NCBI GenBank assembly: GCA_049971805.1
Contig: JBMFKU010000004.1
Coordinates: 18,462-82,461, forward strand
Length of the DNA: 64,000 nt
Direction: 5' to 3'
Source: Caldisphaera sp.
Lineage (GTDB): Archaea; Thermoproteota; Thermoprotei_A; Sulfolobales; Acidilobaceae
The translations under genes and the position numbers were made by a program. The notes under the pieces are model-generated. The model was not told the DNA's origin. It did not search any database and saw nothing but the letters and a program-made list of their open reading frames with translations. Position 1 is the stretch's first letter. Each line of letters begins with the position of its first letter. This document shows, in pieces, positions 51,398 to 60,429 of this stretch.

Positions 51398-52616
51398 TGA
51401 ATTAATTGAAAAGCTGCTAAAAGGAGAGATAAGTATAAGCAAATTAGATCAAATATTGGATGCAAATCTGGCTGCATTGGCTAGAAGACTATTTTTAGAA
51501 AAGAAATTTAATGTAAAATTAACAGCAATTGCTTCTACTCTATTAGATTTTAAGGATATAGTTAGTCATAATATAGAAAATCCGATAGGTGCTGTTCAAA
51601 TACCATTGGGTGTTGTTGGTCCGTTAAAAATTGATGGAGATTTTGCTAAAGGAGAATATTATGTACCAATGGCAACAACCGAAGGTGCATTGGTAGCAGG
51701 GGTTAATAGAGGAGTTAAGTTGCTTACATTAAGCGGAGGAGCAAAGGCTAAGGTAATTTACGATGGTATGGCAAGAGCACCATTAATATGGACTCCCAGT
51801 GTTAATGATGCAGTAAATCTTTCAGATTGGTTAAAAAATCATATTAATGAGATTAAGGAATCGGTAAAGCATGTGACAAAGCATGGGGAATTAAAGGAAT
51901 TACAAATTTTTATTGTGGGCAATATGGTATGGCCAAGATTTGTTTTTTCAACAGGTGATGCTATGGGAATGAACATGGCAACTATAGCTAGCGACAATAT
52001 TTGTAAATATATAGAAAATAACTATAAAGGAGATTATAGGTGTATCAGTGTAAGTGGTAATTTATGTGTAGATAAAAAGCCGAATTATTTAAATAAAATT
52101 TTAGGAAGAGGTAAATACGTAATTGCAGAGGCTGTTATAAAGGAAGAGGTTCTAAAAAAAGTTATGAGAACAACTTCTTATGATATTGATTATATAAATA
52201 AATCAAAGAATTTATTGGGAAATGCAGTTGCCGGTAGTTTGAGTTATAATGCGCATGTTGCTAATATAGTAGCAGCAATCTTTGCTGCTACTGGCCAAGA
52301 TATAGCACAAGTGGTTGAAAGTAGTATGAGCTATGTTTGGACTGAAACCAGAGGTCAAGATCTCTATATATCAACTACTTTAACTAGCTTGGAAGTAGGC
52401 ACTGTAGGAGGAGGTACATGGCTCCCAACGCAAAAGGAAGCCTTGGATTTATTGGGGGTCTCGGGAGGAGGAAACCCGTCAGGAATAAATTCATTGAAGT
52501 TGGCTGAAATAATTGCATCAATGGCCTTAGCTGGAGAATTGAATTTATTGGCAGCTCAAGCAACCGGAGAATTAGCATCTGCACATGAAAAACTTGGAAG
52601 AGGTGGCAAAAAGTAG
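51381..52616 (+). CDS. hmgA: HMG-CoA reductase (class I, NADPH)
   Basis: NIENPIG, PMATTEGAL, DAMGMN, GQD.AQ and GTVGGGT. Confidence 0.96.
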   Translation: MSESIDELIEKLLKGEISISKLDQILDANLAALARRLFLEKKFNVKLTAIASTLLDFKDIVSHNIENPIGAVQIPLGVVGPLKIDGDFAKGEYYVPMATTEGALVAGVNRGVKLLTLSGGAKAKVIYDGMARAPLIWTPSVNDAVNLSDWLKNHINEIKESVKHVTKHGELKELQIFIVGNMVWPRFVFSTGDAMGMNMATIASDNICKYIENNYKGDYRCISVSGNLCVDKKPNYLNKILGRGKYVIAEAVIKEEVLKKVMRTTSYDIDYINKSKNLLGNAVAGSLSYNAHVANIVAAIFAATGQDIAQVVESSMSYVWTETRGQDLYISTTLTSLEVGTVGGGTWLPTQKEALDLLGVSGGGNPSGINSLKLAEIIASMALAGELNLLAAQATGELASAHEKLGRGGKK

Positions 52617-52771
52617 GAAATTGATTTTTCTATTTTTACAAAATTTATAGACAATAAAAATTCTAAATATGAATTAAAAAAGTATAATAATGTAAAAATT
52701 AAAAATCTTTTTAATAATTTTGCAAACAGTATAATAAATAGAGATTTAACCCTATAGATCTTGAAAAACTC

Positions 52772-53341
52772 TTGTGCTTTAAAGAGTGGGGGTCAATAAA
52801 GTTGGTAAGGAATGAGATATTTAATTTTAAAAATAGAGCAATCGTAGAAACAGAAGATATCATATTGCCAAATAATAACAATCTAAAGTTATTTAGATTA
52901 AGATTTCTCCCTTTCACTGTATCAATTTTGCCTTTATTTACTAAGCAAAAATCTGTTGTTTTAATAAAACAATACAGACCTGCAATAAATAAGTATATAA
53001 TTGAAGTTCCCGCTGGTGTAGCTGAAAAAAATGAAATACCAGAAGAAGTAGCTAAAAGAGAGTTAAAAGAGGAAACCGGATTGTTGGCTAAAAGTTTAAT
53101 TCAAGCCGCTAAAGGATACGTATCTCCTGGATATTCAACGGAATATATGTATTATTATGTAGCATTAGACCCAGATATAGGCTTAGCTTCTCCAGAAAGC
53201 ACGGAAATAATAGAACCTATTAAGCTGAAACTAGATGAAGCAATAAAATTAATAGAAAGAGGAGAAATAGAGGATTCAAAAACTATATTGTTGCTTTTTT
53301 ATGCTAAAAATAACATTAGCACTTTAAGCCAAGCGATCTAG
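52772..53341 (+). CDS. Nudix hydrolase (ADP-ribose pyrophosphatase-like)
   Basis: QYRP, PAG....E...A.RELKEETG, SPG and DSKT; start may be TTG at 52802. Confidence 0.9.
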   Translation: MCFKEWGSIKLVRNEIFNFKNRAIVETEDIILPNNNNLKLFRLRFLPFTVSILPLFTKQKSVVLIKQYRPAINKYIIEVPAGVAEKNEIPEEVAKRELKEETGLLAKSLIQAAKGYVSPGYSTEYMYYYVALDPDIGLASPESTEIIEPIKLKLDEAIKLIERGEIEDSKTILLLFYAKNNISTLSQAI

Positions 53342-53840
53342 CACAAATAGATGTGCTATTAACTACCTTTCTAAGAACTTCATCTATTTTATTTGAAGCA
53401 TTTATTATTATAGAACTATTATTAGAAATTTGTTTATCTTCTAGAGGGACTTCAAATTTGTTATTTTCAACGCTTATTAGCAATTTTATGCTATCAGAAT
53501 AAATTTTTATATTTTTTGTACCAACTTCAAAGTAATTTTGAGAAATAGTTGCCCCAAAAGAATTATTTCCTATTTTCCAAATTTTTTTGTTTTCTGAATT
53601 TAACGTATACGTATTTCCACAACTGCTTTTGCAAATGTTTATATTATCCGTTTTAGTACATAAATTTTTGTTATTTCCAATGCATTCAACAAGCCTTGAT
53701 ATATCGTTTATACGATTTACTAGATCTATTATAGATATTAATGATGTAGCAGCAGATGCGCTAGCACCACCTTTTTTTGACATAGATTTTATGAGAGATT
53801 CTATTTTCGACATATATTGCATTGATGACATTTCTTTCAC
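53316..53840 (-). CDS. Hypothetical protein
   Basis: 174 aa ORF with six Cys and no recognised motif. Confidence 0.6.
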   Translation of the reverse strand: MKEMSSMQYMSKIESLIKSMSKKGGASASAATSLISIIDLVNRINDISRLVECIGNNKNLCTKTDNINICKSSCGNTYTLNSENKKIWKIGNNSFGATISQNYFEVGTKNIKIYSDSIKLLISVENNKFEVPLEDKQISNNSSIIINASNKIDEVLRKVVNSTSICARSLGLKC

Positions 53841-54039
53841 CTTTGATCCAGTTAATTTTGTATGAATTAGATTTTTAAACTCTAATGTTAATCATCGAAT
53901 TTTATTCTTTATTTATTATAAGATAAACCATAAACTTATTCTATGAAAATATTATTTAAAAAATATTACAAATTCAGTAATATAATATATTAACTTTTTT
54001 AATTTCAATAAGTTTTGAAGAACTGAAAGGTAATTAGCT

Positions 54040-55566
54040 ATGGACTATGTCTCAATAGTAGATTTGGGGTCTCAATATGCACATCTAATACATAAGAGAC
54101 TTTCGTATTTAAACATAGATTCTATTTTAACAACAGAATTCGATGAAAATGTATATAGGGCAAAGGCCGTAATAGTATCAGGTAGTCCGATGAGTGCATT
54201 AAAAGATAATGTAAAAGATATAGAAATTAATATAAGAAATATAGTTAATAGTGGAAAGCCTTTTTTAGGTATATGCTTTGGTCATCAAATGCTTTCCATT
54301 GCTTATGGAGGTAAAATGGTATCTGATAGAGCTGAATATGGAAGAACTAAGATAAATATAGTTTCAAAAAATAGCATTTTAGAGGGTCTAGACAACAATG
54401 AAGAGGTATGGATGAGTCATAGCGATTGTGTTATAGATCCAGGGAATGGAATTACTAATGCTATATCAGAGAGGGGATGTATTTCTGCTATTGAAATACC
54501 AAATAAAATTGCATATGGAGTTCAGTTTCATCCTGAAGTAACTCATACTAGGAAAGGATTACAGATATTTAAAAATTTCTTAGAAATAGCTGGATTTAAG
54601 TATAAGGAAATATCTATTTATGAAAAAGTATCTAATTATTATGCATATATTTTAGATGAAATAAAATCAAATTACCATGGTGGTAAGATAATTTCTGCTG
54701 TGAGTGGTGGGATAGACTCTACAGTTTCAACCTATATAGTAATGAAGGCCGTTGGATACAAAAATATCATACCAGTATTAATAGATCATGGATTATTTAG
54801 AGAAAACGAGGTAGACGAAGTCATATCGTATTTAAGAAAGGTAGGTATAGATCCAATATATATCAATGCTAAACAGGATTTTATTTCTAAGCTAGAAGGA
54901 ATTTTAAGTTGTGAAGAAAAGAGAAAAATCATAGGAGAACTTTTTGCACAAAAGCTTTTTGATATAATTAAGCAAGAAAATGCTGATTATTTAATACAAG
55001 GTACGGCATATCCAGATGTTATAGAAAGTGGGAAAACAAAGCACTCGCAAAAAATAAAGTCACATCACAATGTTGGAGGACTTCCCGAATGGTTTAATAT
55101 TAAAATTATTGAACCATTAAGAGGATTATATAAAGATGAAATCAGAGAATTAGGTAAAATTATTGGTCTTCCTGAAGAGATTTTAAAAAGACAGCCATTC
55201 CCTGGACCGGGATTAGCAGTTAGAATTATAGGTAATTTTTCAAGAGAAAAATTAGAAGCAGTTAGAAAAGCTGACAAAATATTGGCCGATATTCTTAAAA
55301 GAGAAGGAATTTATTCGCATTTATGGCAATCTATTGCAACTATATCAGACTCATGGGTGGGAGTAAAAGGGGATGAAAGAGAAGAAGGTTATATTATAAA
55401 CATAAGACTGATTTTAAGTGAAGATGGAATGACTGCCGACTACTATTTGCCACAAAAAAATTTGTTGGATGAAATATCAAACAGAATAACTAATGAAGTT
55501 AAAAATGTAAGTGCTGTGGGTTTTATAACATCTACTAAACCCCCTGCTACCATAGAGCCTTGTTAA
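54040..55566 (+). CDS. guaA: GMP synthase (single-chain GATase + ATP-PPase)
   Basis: DLGSQY, GICFGHQ, QFHPE, SGGIDS, KSHHNVGG and PFPGPGL. Confidence 0.96.
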   Translation: MDYVSIVDLGSQYAHLIHKRLSYLNIDSILTTEFDENVYRAKAVIVSGSPMSALKDNVKDIEINIRNIVNSGKPFLGICFGHQMLSIAYGGKMVSDRAEYGRTKINIVSKNSILEGLDNNEEVWMSHSDCVIDPGNGITNAISERGCISAIEIPNKIAYGVQFHPEVTHTRKGLQIFKNFLEIAGFKYKEISIYEKVSNYYAYILDEIKSNYHGGKIISAVSGGIDSTVSTYIVMKAVGYKNIIPVLIDHGLFRENEVDEVISYLRKVGIDPIYINAKQDFISKLEGILSCEEKRKIIGELFAQKLFDIIKQENADYLIQGTAYPDVIESGKTKHSQKIKSHHNVGGLPEWFNIKIIEPLRGLYKDEIRELGKIIGLPEEILKRQPFPGPGLAVRIIGNFSREKLEAVRKADKILADILKREGIYSHLWQSIATISDSWVGVKGDEREEGYIINIRLILSEDGMTADYYLPQKNLLDEISNRITNEVKNVSAVGFITSTKPPATIEPC

Positions 55567-55567
55567 A

Positions 55568-57400
55568 CTATTTCGGATTAGGGATTTCTTCTATTTCAGT
55601 AGTTTTATAGGATAATAATGGACTTATTATCTTACCCCCCATTACATCTACTAAACCCCTATCCGTTATCCTCAATTCTGGTATAACTGGTAATGATATT
55701 AATCCTAACGTCATAAAAATACTGTTTAGAGATGTGCCTGCAGTGCTTAGGGATTCTTCTAACTGTTTAGCTTGTCTATAAACAGATTCGTAGTTTTGAT
55801 CACTAAATAGGCCCGCAATAGGTAATTTAACCATAGATATTAACTTACCTTTATCTACATAAGCTATTCCTCCATTAGAATCAATCACATATTTAGCTGC
55901 AGTTATCATATCCTTTGGATCATATCCTGCTATGATTAAATTGTGCGTATCATGGGCTATAGTTTGCGCAATAGCTCCACTTTTTATTTCTAAATTTTCG
56001 ACAAATCCTTTTCCAATATTTCCGGTTTTATGATGTCTATCAATAACAGCTATATGCATAACATTTCTATTAGATCTAACAAATCCCTTTTTTATAGGTA
56101 AATTTTCTATTACTTTTTTTGTTAATGAACTACCTGGAATAGCCTTTATAACATATACGTCTGCATTACCTTCCTCTATGCTTGTTTTAATCAAAATATC
56201 TTCTTCATTAAATTGTTTAATATTCATAGTAGATTTAGAAAATGCTGGGTAGCTAAAATTACCCTCATTAAATAAAATTTTACCCTCATTAAATAAAATT
56301 TTACCATTTACCATAGTTTTTAGTACTTTTATATGATCAATGCTATTTGAAATTACTAGATCAGCATACCTACCAGGGGCTATTATTCCAACTTTATCGT
56401 CTATCTTTAGATGCTCTGCAGGATTTATTGTAGCCATTTGTATCGCCTTAATTGGATCAACCCCTAAATCTATAGATTGATTAATTATATAATCTATGTG
56501 GCCTTTTTCTACCAAATCAACAACATTAAGATCATCAGCAACAAAAATCAATCTTCTTGAATCTATGTGGTAATCTGTTATCGCCTTTATTAGATCTCTT
56601 AAATTTTTCCAAGCGCTTCCTTCACGGATAAATATATACATCCCTTTTCTTGCTTTTTCTAACAATTCTTCCACGATACTTGATTCATGATCACTAGATA
56701 TACCTGTTAAAATATAGCTATCCAGGCCTTCCTCTGTTAAAAATGGTGCGTGTCCTTCTATTATTTTATTAAAGTTATGTGCTAATTCTATCTTTTCTAG
56801 TGTGTTGTTTGATCCTTCTATAACACTATTAAAATCCATAACTTCTCCTAATCCAATTACTTTGTCATAAGTAAATAATCTCTTGATATCGTTATTGTTA
56901 ATTGTTTTAGCACCGCTGTCAAGCCCTTTGCTATGCTCTACTGCAGGAACGCAACTAGGAGCTTCAAAAAATATTCTGGGTAATGCATATTTGCTTTCTT
57001 CAATAAACAGCTCAACTCCTTTTAATCCTAAAACATTTCCAATCTCATGTGGATCAGCTATTAATGTTGTTACACCATGAATTATTTCAAGCTTGCCAAA
57101 TTCTTTCACACTTAAAAGGCTTGATTCTATGTGGATATGATTTTCAATAAATCCTGGCATAACATAGCTATTTTTTGCATTGATAATGTTTGTTTCATTA
57201 CCTTTATACAAGGATATCAATTCATCCCTACTTTCTGTAATTCTTACTATATATCCCTTATAAATCATTATAGATTTGTTTTCTAATATTTCTCCAGTAG
57301 TAACGCTGACCATATTGGCATTGTTAATGATAGTCTCTGCCTTTATTTTACCTTGCGATGCATTTAATAATTCTTTTAATAATGTTAACGTCAATATCAA
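55568..57400 (-). CDS. ade: Adenine deaminase
   Basis: HIHIESS, DPHEI.NV, GEVMD, DHE, REGS and HDTHN. Confidence 0.93.
   Translation of the reverse strand: MILTLTLLKELLNASQGKIKAETIINNANMVSVTTGEILENKSIMIYKGYIVRITESRDELISLYKGNETNIINAKNSYVMPGFIENHIHIESSLLSVKEFGKLEIIHGVTTLIADPHEIGNVLGLKGVELFIEESKYALPRIFFEAPSCVPAVEHSKGLDSGAKTINNNDIKRLFTYDKVIGLGEVMDFNSVIEGSNNTLEKIELAHNFNKIIEGHAPFLTEEGLDSYILTGISSDHESSIVEELLEKARKGMYIFIREGSAWKNLRDLIKAITDYHIDSRRLIFVADDLNVVDLVEKGHIDYIINQSIDLGVDPIKAIQMATINPAEHLKIDDKVGIIAPGRYADLVISNSIDHIKVLKTMVNGKILFNEGKILFNEGNFSYPAFSKSTMNIKQFNEEDILIKTSIEEGNADVYVIKAIPGSSLTKKVIENLPIKKGFVRSNRNVMHIAVIDRHHKTGNIGKGFVENLEIKSGAIAQTIAHDTHNLIIAGYDPKDMITAAKYVIDSNGGIAYVDKGKLISMVKLPIAGLFSDQNYESVYRQAKQLEESLSTAGTSLNSIFMTLGLISLPVIPELRITDRGLVDVMGGKIISPLLSYKTTEIEEIPNPK
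56259..56305. repeat. In-frame 21-bp tandem duplication within adenine deaminase
   Basis: TTACCCTCATTAAATAAAATT twice plus TTACC; encodes GKILFNE-GKILFNE-G. Confidence 0.85.
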
Positions 57401-57490
57401 TTCACTCCTTATTATTTGTAATATTAAGTAAAAATCGAGGTAAATATATTTTTCTTTTATAATAATATTTTTGTTTTGGAATGTAAAAAA

Positions 57491-58870
57491 TTAGATTGGT
57501 TTTTCTCCTAGGTTTCTCATTAAAAGTCTTGAGGCTATTATTAATGGATCCCATGTAGGGCTTAAGGTAGGCTGATATGCTATATCATCGTTAAATAAAT
57601 CCCATACAGTTGCTTTTTTAGTCAACAATGAAGCAACTACGTTAATACGCCAAAAAATCGATTCTCCTGGACCAACAGCTTGAGCTCCCAACAATCTACC
57701 TGTCTTCTCATCGGCTATCACCTTTAAATAAATTTTATTTTCTCCCCCTGGTATGTAATGAGCCTTGATTCCAGCATTAAGAGATGTTTCAATTGCCTTG
57801 AATCCATTTTTTTCTGCTTCTGATTTACTTAATCCTGTTTTTGCAGCAACTAAGTCAAAAACTTTAAGTGCTGAGGATCCAACGCTTCCTTCAAATATTG
57901 ATTCTACTCCACCCAAATTGCTTCCTGCTACATGACCCATTTTGTTTGCAATTTGAGCAAAAGGTCTCCACACATATTTACCAGTTACTAAATCTAAATG
58001 CTCAGCTACATCTCCTACAGCGTATATATCTGGGTTGCTACTTGTAACTTTTTCATCAACTATAACACCTCCGTTAGAACCTAAATTTAGTTTTGCCATT
58101 TTTGCTAATTCATTGTTAGGCTCTATGCCAATACCTATTATAAACATATCACCATCAAATTTTCCTTTTTGAGTTCTTACTTGTAGTACTGTGTTATCTT
58201 TAATATCAAAAGATTCTATAGGTGCATTTTTAACTACTTCTACTCCTTTTAAGCTCAATTCTTTTTCTATTAAATCAGCAAGATCAGGATCTAACATTTT
58301 TCGTAATATTTGATTTGAGTGTGTTATTATTGTTACTTTTAAGCCTAAATTAACTAGGTTTTCAGCCATTTCTAGGTTAACATAGCCTGCTCCAATCAAT
58401 ATAACTTTTTTACCTTTATCGAGAGAAAATGCATATTTCTTTATCTTATCACCCGAATCAAGGTGAGTTATGTAAAAAATATTTTTAGCACCTAATACTT
58501 CTGGCCATATTTTGCTTGCTATAGATTTAGCACCAGTTGCTAAAATCAATTTATCCCAGATTAATTTTTCTTCTTTACCATTTTTTAAATCCTTAAATCT
58601 TACCTCTTTATTTTTTATATCAACTTCTGTTACTTCTTTATTGAATCTTAGATCTACTCCCCTTTTTGTAAATTCTTCCGGTGGATAGAACAGTAAATCA
58701 TCTAATCCTTTTACTACATCTCCAACGTAATATGGTATTCCGCAGAAGGCGAAACTTGCCCAATTACTTTTTTCTAATACGATAACATCTAATGAAGGAT
58801 TTAATCTTTTTGCCCTTGAAGCTGCTGCCATGCCTCCAGGTCCTGCCCCTATGATTACAACTCTTTTCAT
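57491..58870 (-). CDS. CoA-disulfide reductase / NAD(P)H:sulfur oxidoreductase family flavoprotein
   Basis: GAGPGG, redox SFAFCGIPY, ATGA, GAGYV.LE, YAVGD and Y.P..SP.WDP. Confidence 0.88.
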   Translation of the reverse strand: MKRVVIIGAGPGGMAAASRAKRLNPSLDVIVLEKSNWASFAFCGIPYYVGDVVKGLDDLLFYPPEEFTKRGVDLRFNKEVTEVDIKNKEVRFKDLKNGKEEKLIWDKLILATGAKSIASKIWPEVLGAKNIFYITHLDSGDKIKKYAFSLDKGKKVILIGAGYVNLEMAENLVNLGLKVTIITHSNQILRKMLDPDLADLIEKELSLKGVEVVKNAPIESFDIKDNTVLQVRTQKGKFDGDMFIIGIGIEPNNELAKMAKLNLGSNGGVIVDEKVTSSNPDIYAVGDVAEHLDLVTGKYVWRPFAQIANKMGHVAGSNLGGVESIFEGSVGSSALKVFDLVAAKTGLSKSEAEKNGFKAIETSLNAGIKAHYIPGGENKIYLKVIADEKTGRLLGAQAVGPGESIFWRINVVASLLTKKATVWDLFNDDIAYQPTLSPTWDPLIIASRLLMRNLGEKPI

Positions 58871-58959
58871 TTAATCTCACTACTTAAAAAATTAGCATAG
58901 AAAAATTAAAAAACCTTAATATGAATCAGTTTCATAATTACAATCCATATGTTAAAAAT

Positions 58960-59283
58960 TTAAGCCTTTAGTAATAAACCACCACCAGAATCCTTTACAA
59001 TTTTTATCAATTCAGAGGTTATCTTTGATATTTTTTCTGTATCACCTTCAAGTCTTATATTTATATTTGCCTTAGATGTAGATTGTATAGTTATGTTTTC
59101 TTCGAATATTATCATAGATTTAATAAAAATATCTTTGCATGATGCAATTATCCATGACGGGGCGTTTGTAGAAACACATTCAAGGTTATCTATAAATTTC
59201 TTAATCGAATTAAAGCCGCTTATTAATAATGCAGGGTCTTCAAATATAACTTCAAGCTCAGCATAGGAATTCATTTTTATCAC
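58960..59283 (-). CDS. Hypothetical protein
   Basis: 107 aa ORF with typical composition and no recognised motif. Confidence 0.6.
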   Translation of the reverse strand: MIKMNSYAELEVIFEDPALLISGFNSIKKFIDNLECVSTNAPSWIIASCKDIFIKSMIIFEENITIQSTSKANINIRLEGDTEKISKITSELIKIVKDSGGGLLLKA

Positions 59284-59387
59284 ATTTTTAATCTTATTCT
59301 GGAATAAATTTAAATACTTTGTTATTGTAATCTAAAATGATCTGAAAATATTTTGTTTAGTGAAGAGCTATATTAGAGGCGAAAAAG

Positions 59388-60221
59388 GTGATAGCGCCCA
59401 AAATATCTATAGTATTTTCTGTTGACGATAAAGTAGGTAGTAATGTTGTAAATTTGCTGATTAAGGATAATTTAAATGATTTAAGTTTTTCTTTTTGTGA
59501 AAAAGCAATTAATTGTTATAAAATAAAAAATATACTTATAGCAGGCTTTAATGAAGAAACAATAAATTTTGATTTTTTAGATTCTACGCCGGATAAAACA
59601 GCAGAAGCTATAATAGTCATATCAAAACACCAATCTACCAGCAATGTAAAAGCTTTAACATTACATCATACTGGAAATCCTTCAAATGAAAATCCTTATG
59701 GAGGTAACCAAAAAGAGCTTTCTTTCGTAATGCCACTTCTTACCAAAACTTTATTTAAACTATATAAAGAAAATGCTAAAGATTTATCCGATTATGAATT
59801 TACTCTAGAAGCAACTCATCACGGGCCGACATCTGTTAAAAAACCTTTAACTTTTATTGAGATTGGTAGTACGGAGAGCGAATGGAATGATACTAACGCA
59901 GTAAGTGCTCTTACAAAAACCATTGAGAATTTTTTAAATTTAAAGGAAATAATTGATTGTGATCCCGCAATAGGTATTGGATCTAATCATTACCCCAAAA
60001 AATTTAGTCAAATAGAGTTAAATGAAAATTACTGTTTTGGTCATATAATTTCCAAATATTATGTAGACTTCATAGATTATAATATAATTAAACAGATGAT
60101 AGAAAAGAGCATTCCAAATCCCAAAGTAGCATTTATAGAAAAGAAAGGAATAAGATCAGAAAAAAGAAAAGAAATAGAAAAAATATTAAACAATTTTGGA
60201 TTAGAAATAATGTATGTATAA
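59388..60221 (+). CDS. dtdA: D-aminoacyl-tRNA deacylase (DTD2/GEK1)
   Basis: SKH, LT.H.TGN, EATHHGP, FIEIGST..EW and GHI.SKY. Confidence 0.93.
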   Translation: MIAPKISIVFSVDDKVGSNVVNLLIKDNLNDLSFSFCEKAINCYKIKNILIAGFNEETINFDFLDSTPDKTAEAIIVISKHQSTSNVKALTLHHTGNPSNENPYGGNQKELSFVMPLLTKTLFKLYKENAKDLSDYEFTLEATHHGPTSVKKPLTFIEIGSTESEWNDTNAVSALTKTIENFLNLKEIIDCDPAIGIGSNHYPKKFSQIELNENYCFGHIISKYYVDFIDYNIIKQMIEKSIPNPKVAFIEKKGIRSEKRKEIEKILNNFGLEIMYV

Positions 60222-60304
60222 TATAGGTTTATTTGTTATAAATTGCTTGATAAAGTAAAGCCAAATCTAGTCCTTTAATAAGAGAAGAAGTTAGTTAAAG
60301 AAAA

Positions 60305-60393
60305 TAGCCGGGCGGGGATTCGAACCCCGGTCACGGGGGTTCCTCTGAAATTCATCCAAGGCCCCGCATCCTTGGCCGCTAGACGACCCGGCT
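60305..60393 (-). tRNA. tRNA-Gln (UUG) with a 16-nt canonical 37/38 intron (60340-60355); gene encodes C33
   Basis: AGCCGGG acceptor; arm CGGGG-CC-TTG-G[ATGAATTTCAGAGGAA]C-CCCCG; BHB with CCUU/GAGG central helix. Confidence 0.92.
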
Positions 60394-60429
60394 AATTTAA
60401 AATAAAAAGATAAGAGAGATTAAAAAATT

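Noticed and set aside
54040-55566. Single-chain GMP synthase as a novelty
   Set aside because: Fused GuaA is the common bacterial form and also occurs in some archaea.
55568-57400. Adenine deaminase as the candidate tRNA C33 editor
   Set aside because: It is an amidohydrolase-fold free-base enzyme beside guaA (purine salvage), not a CDA-fold RNA deaminase.
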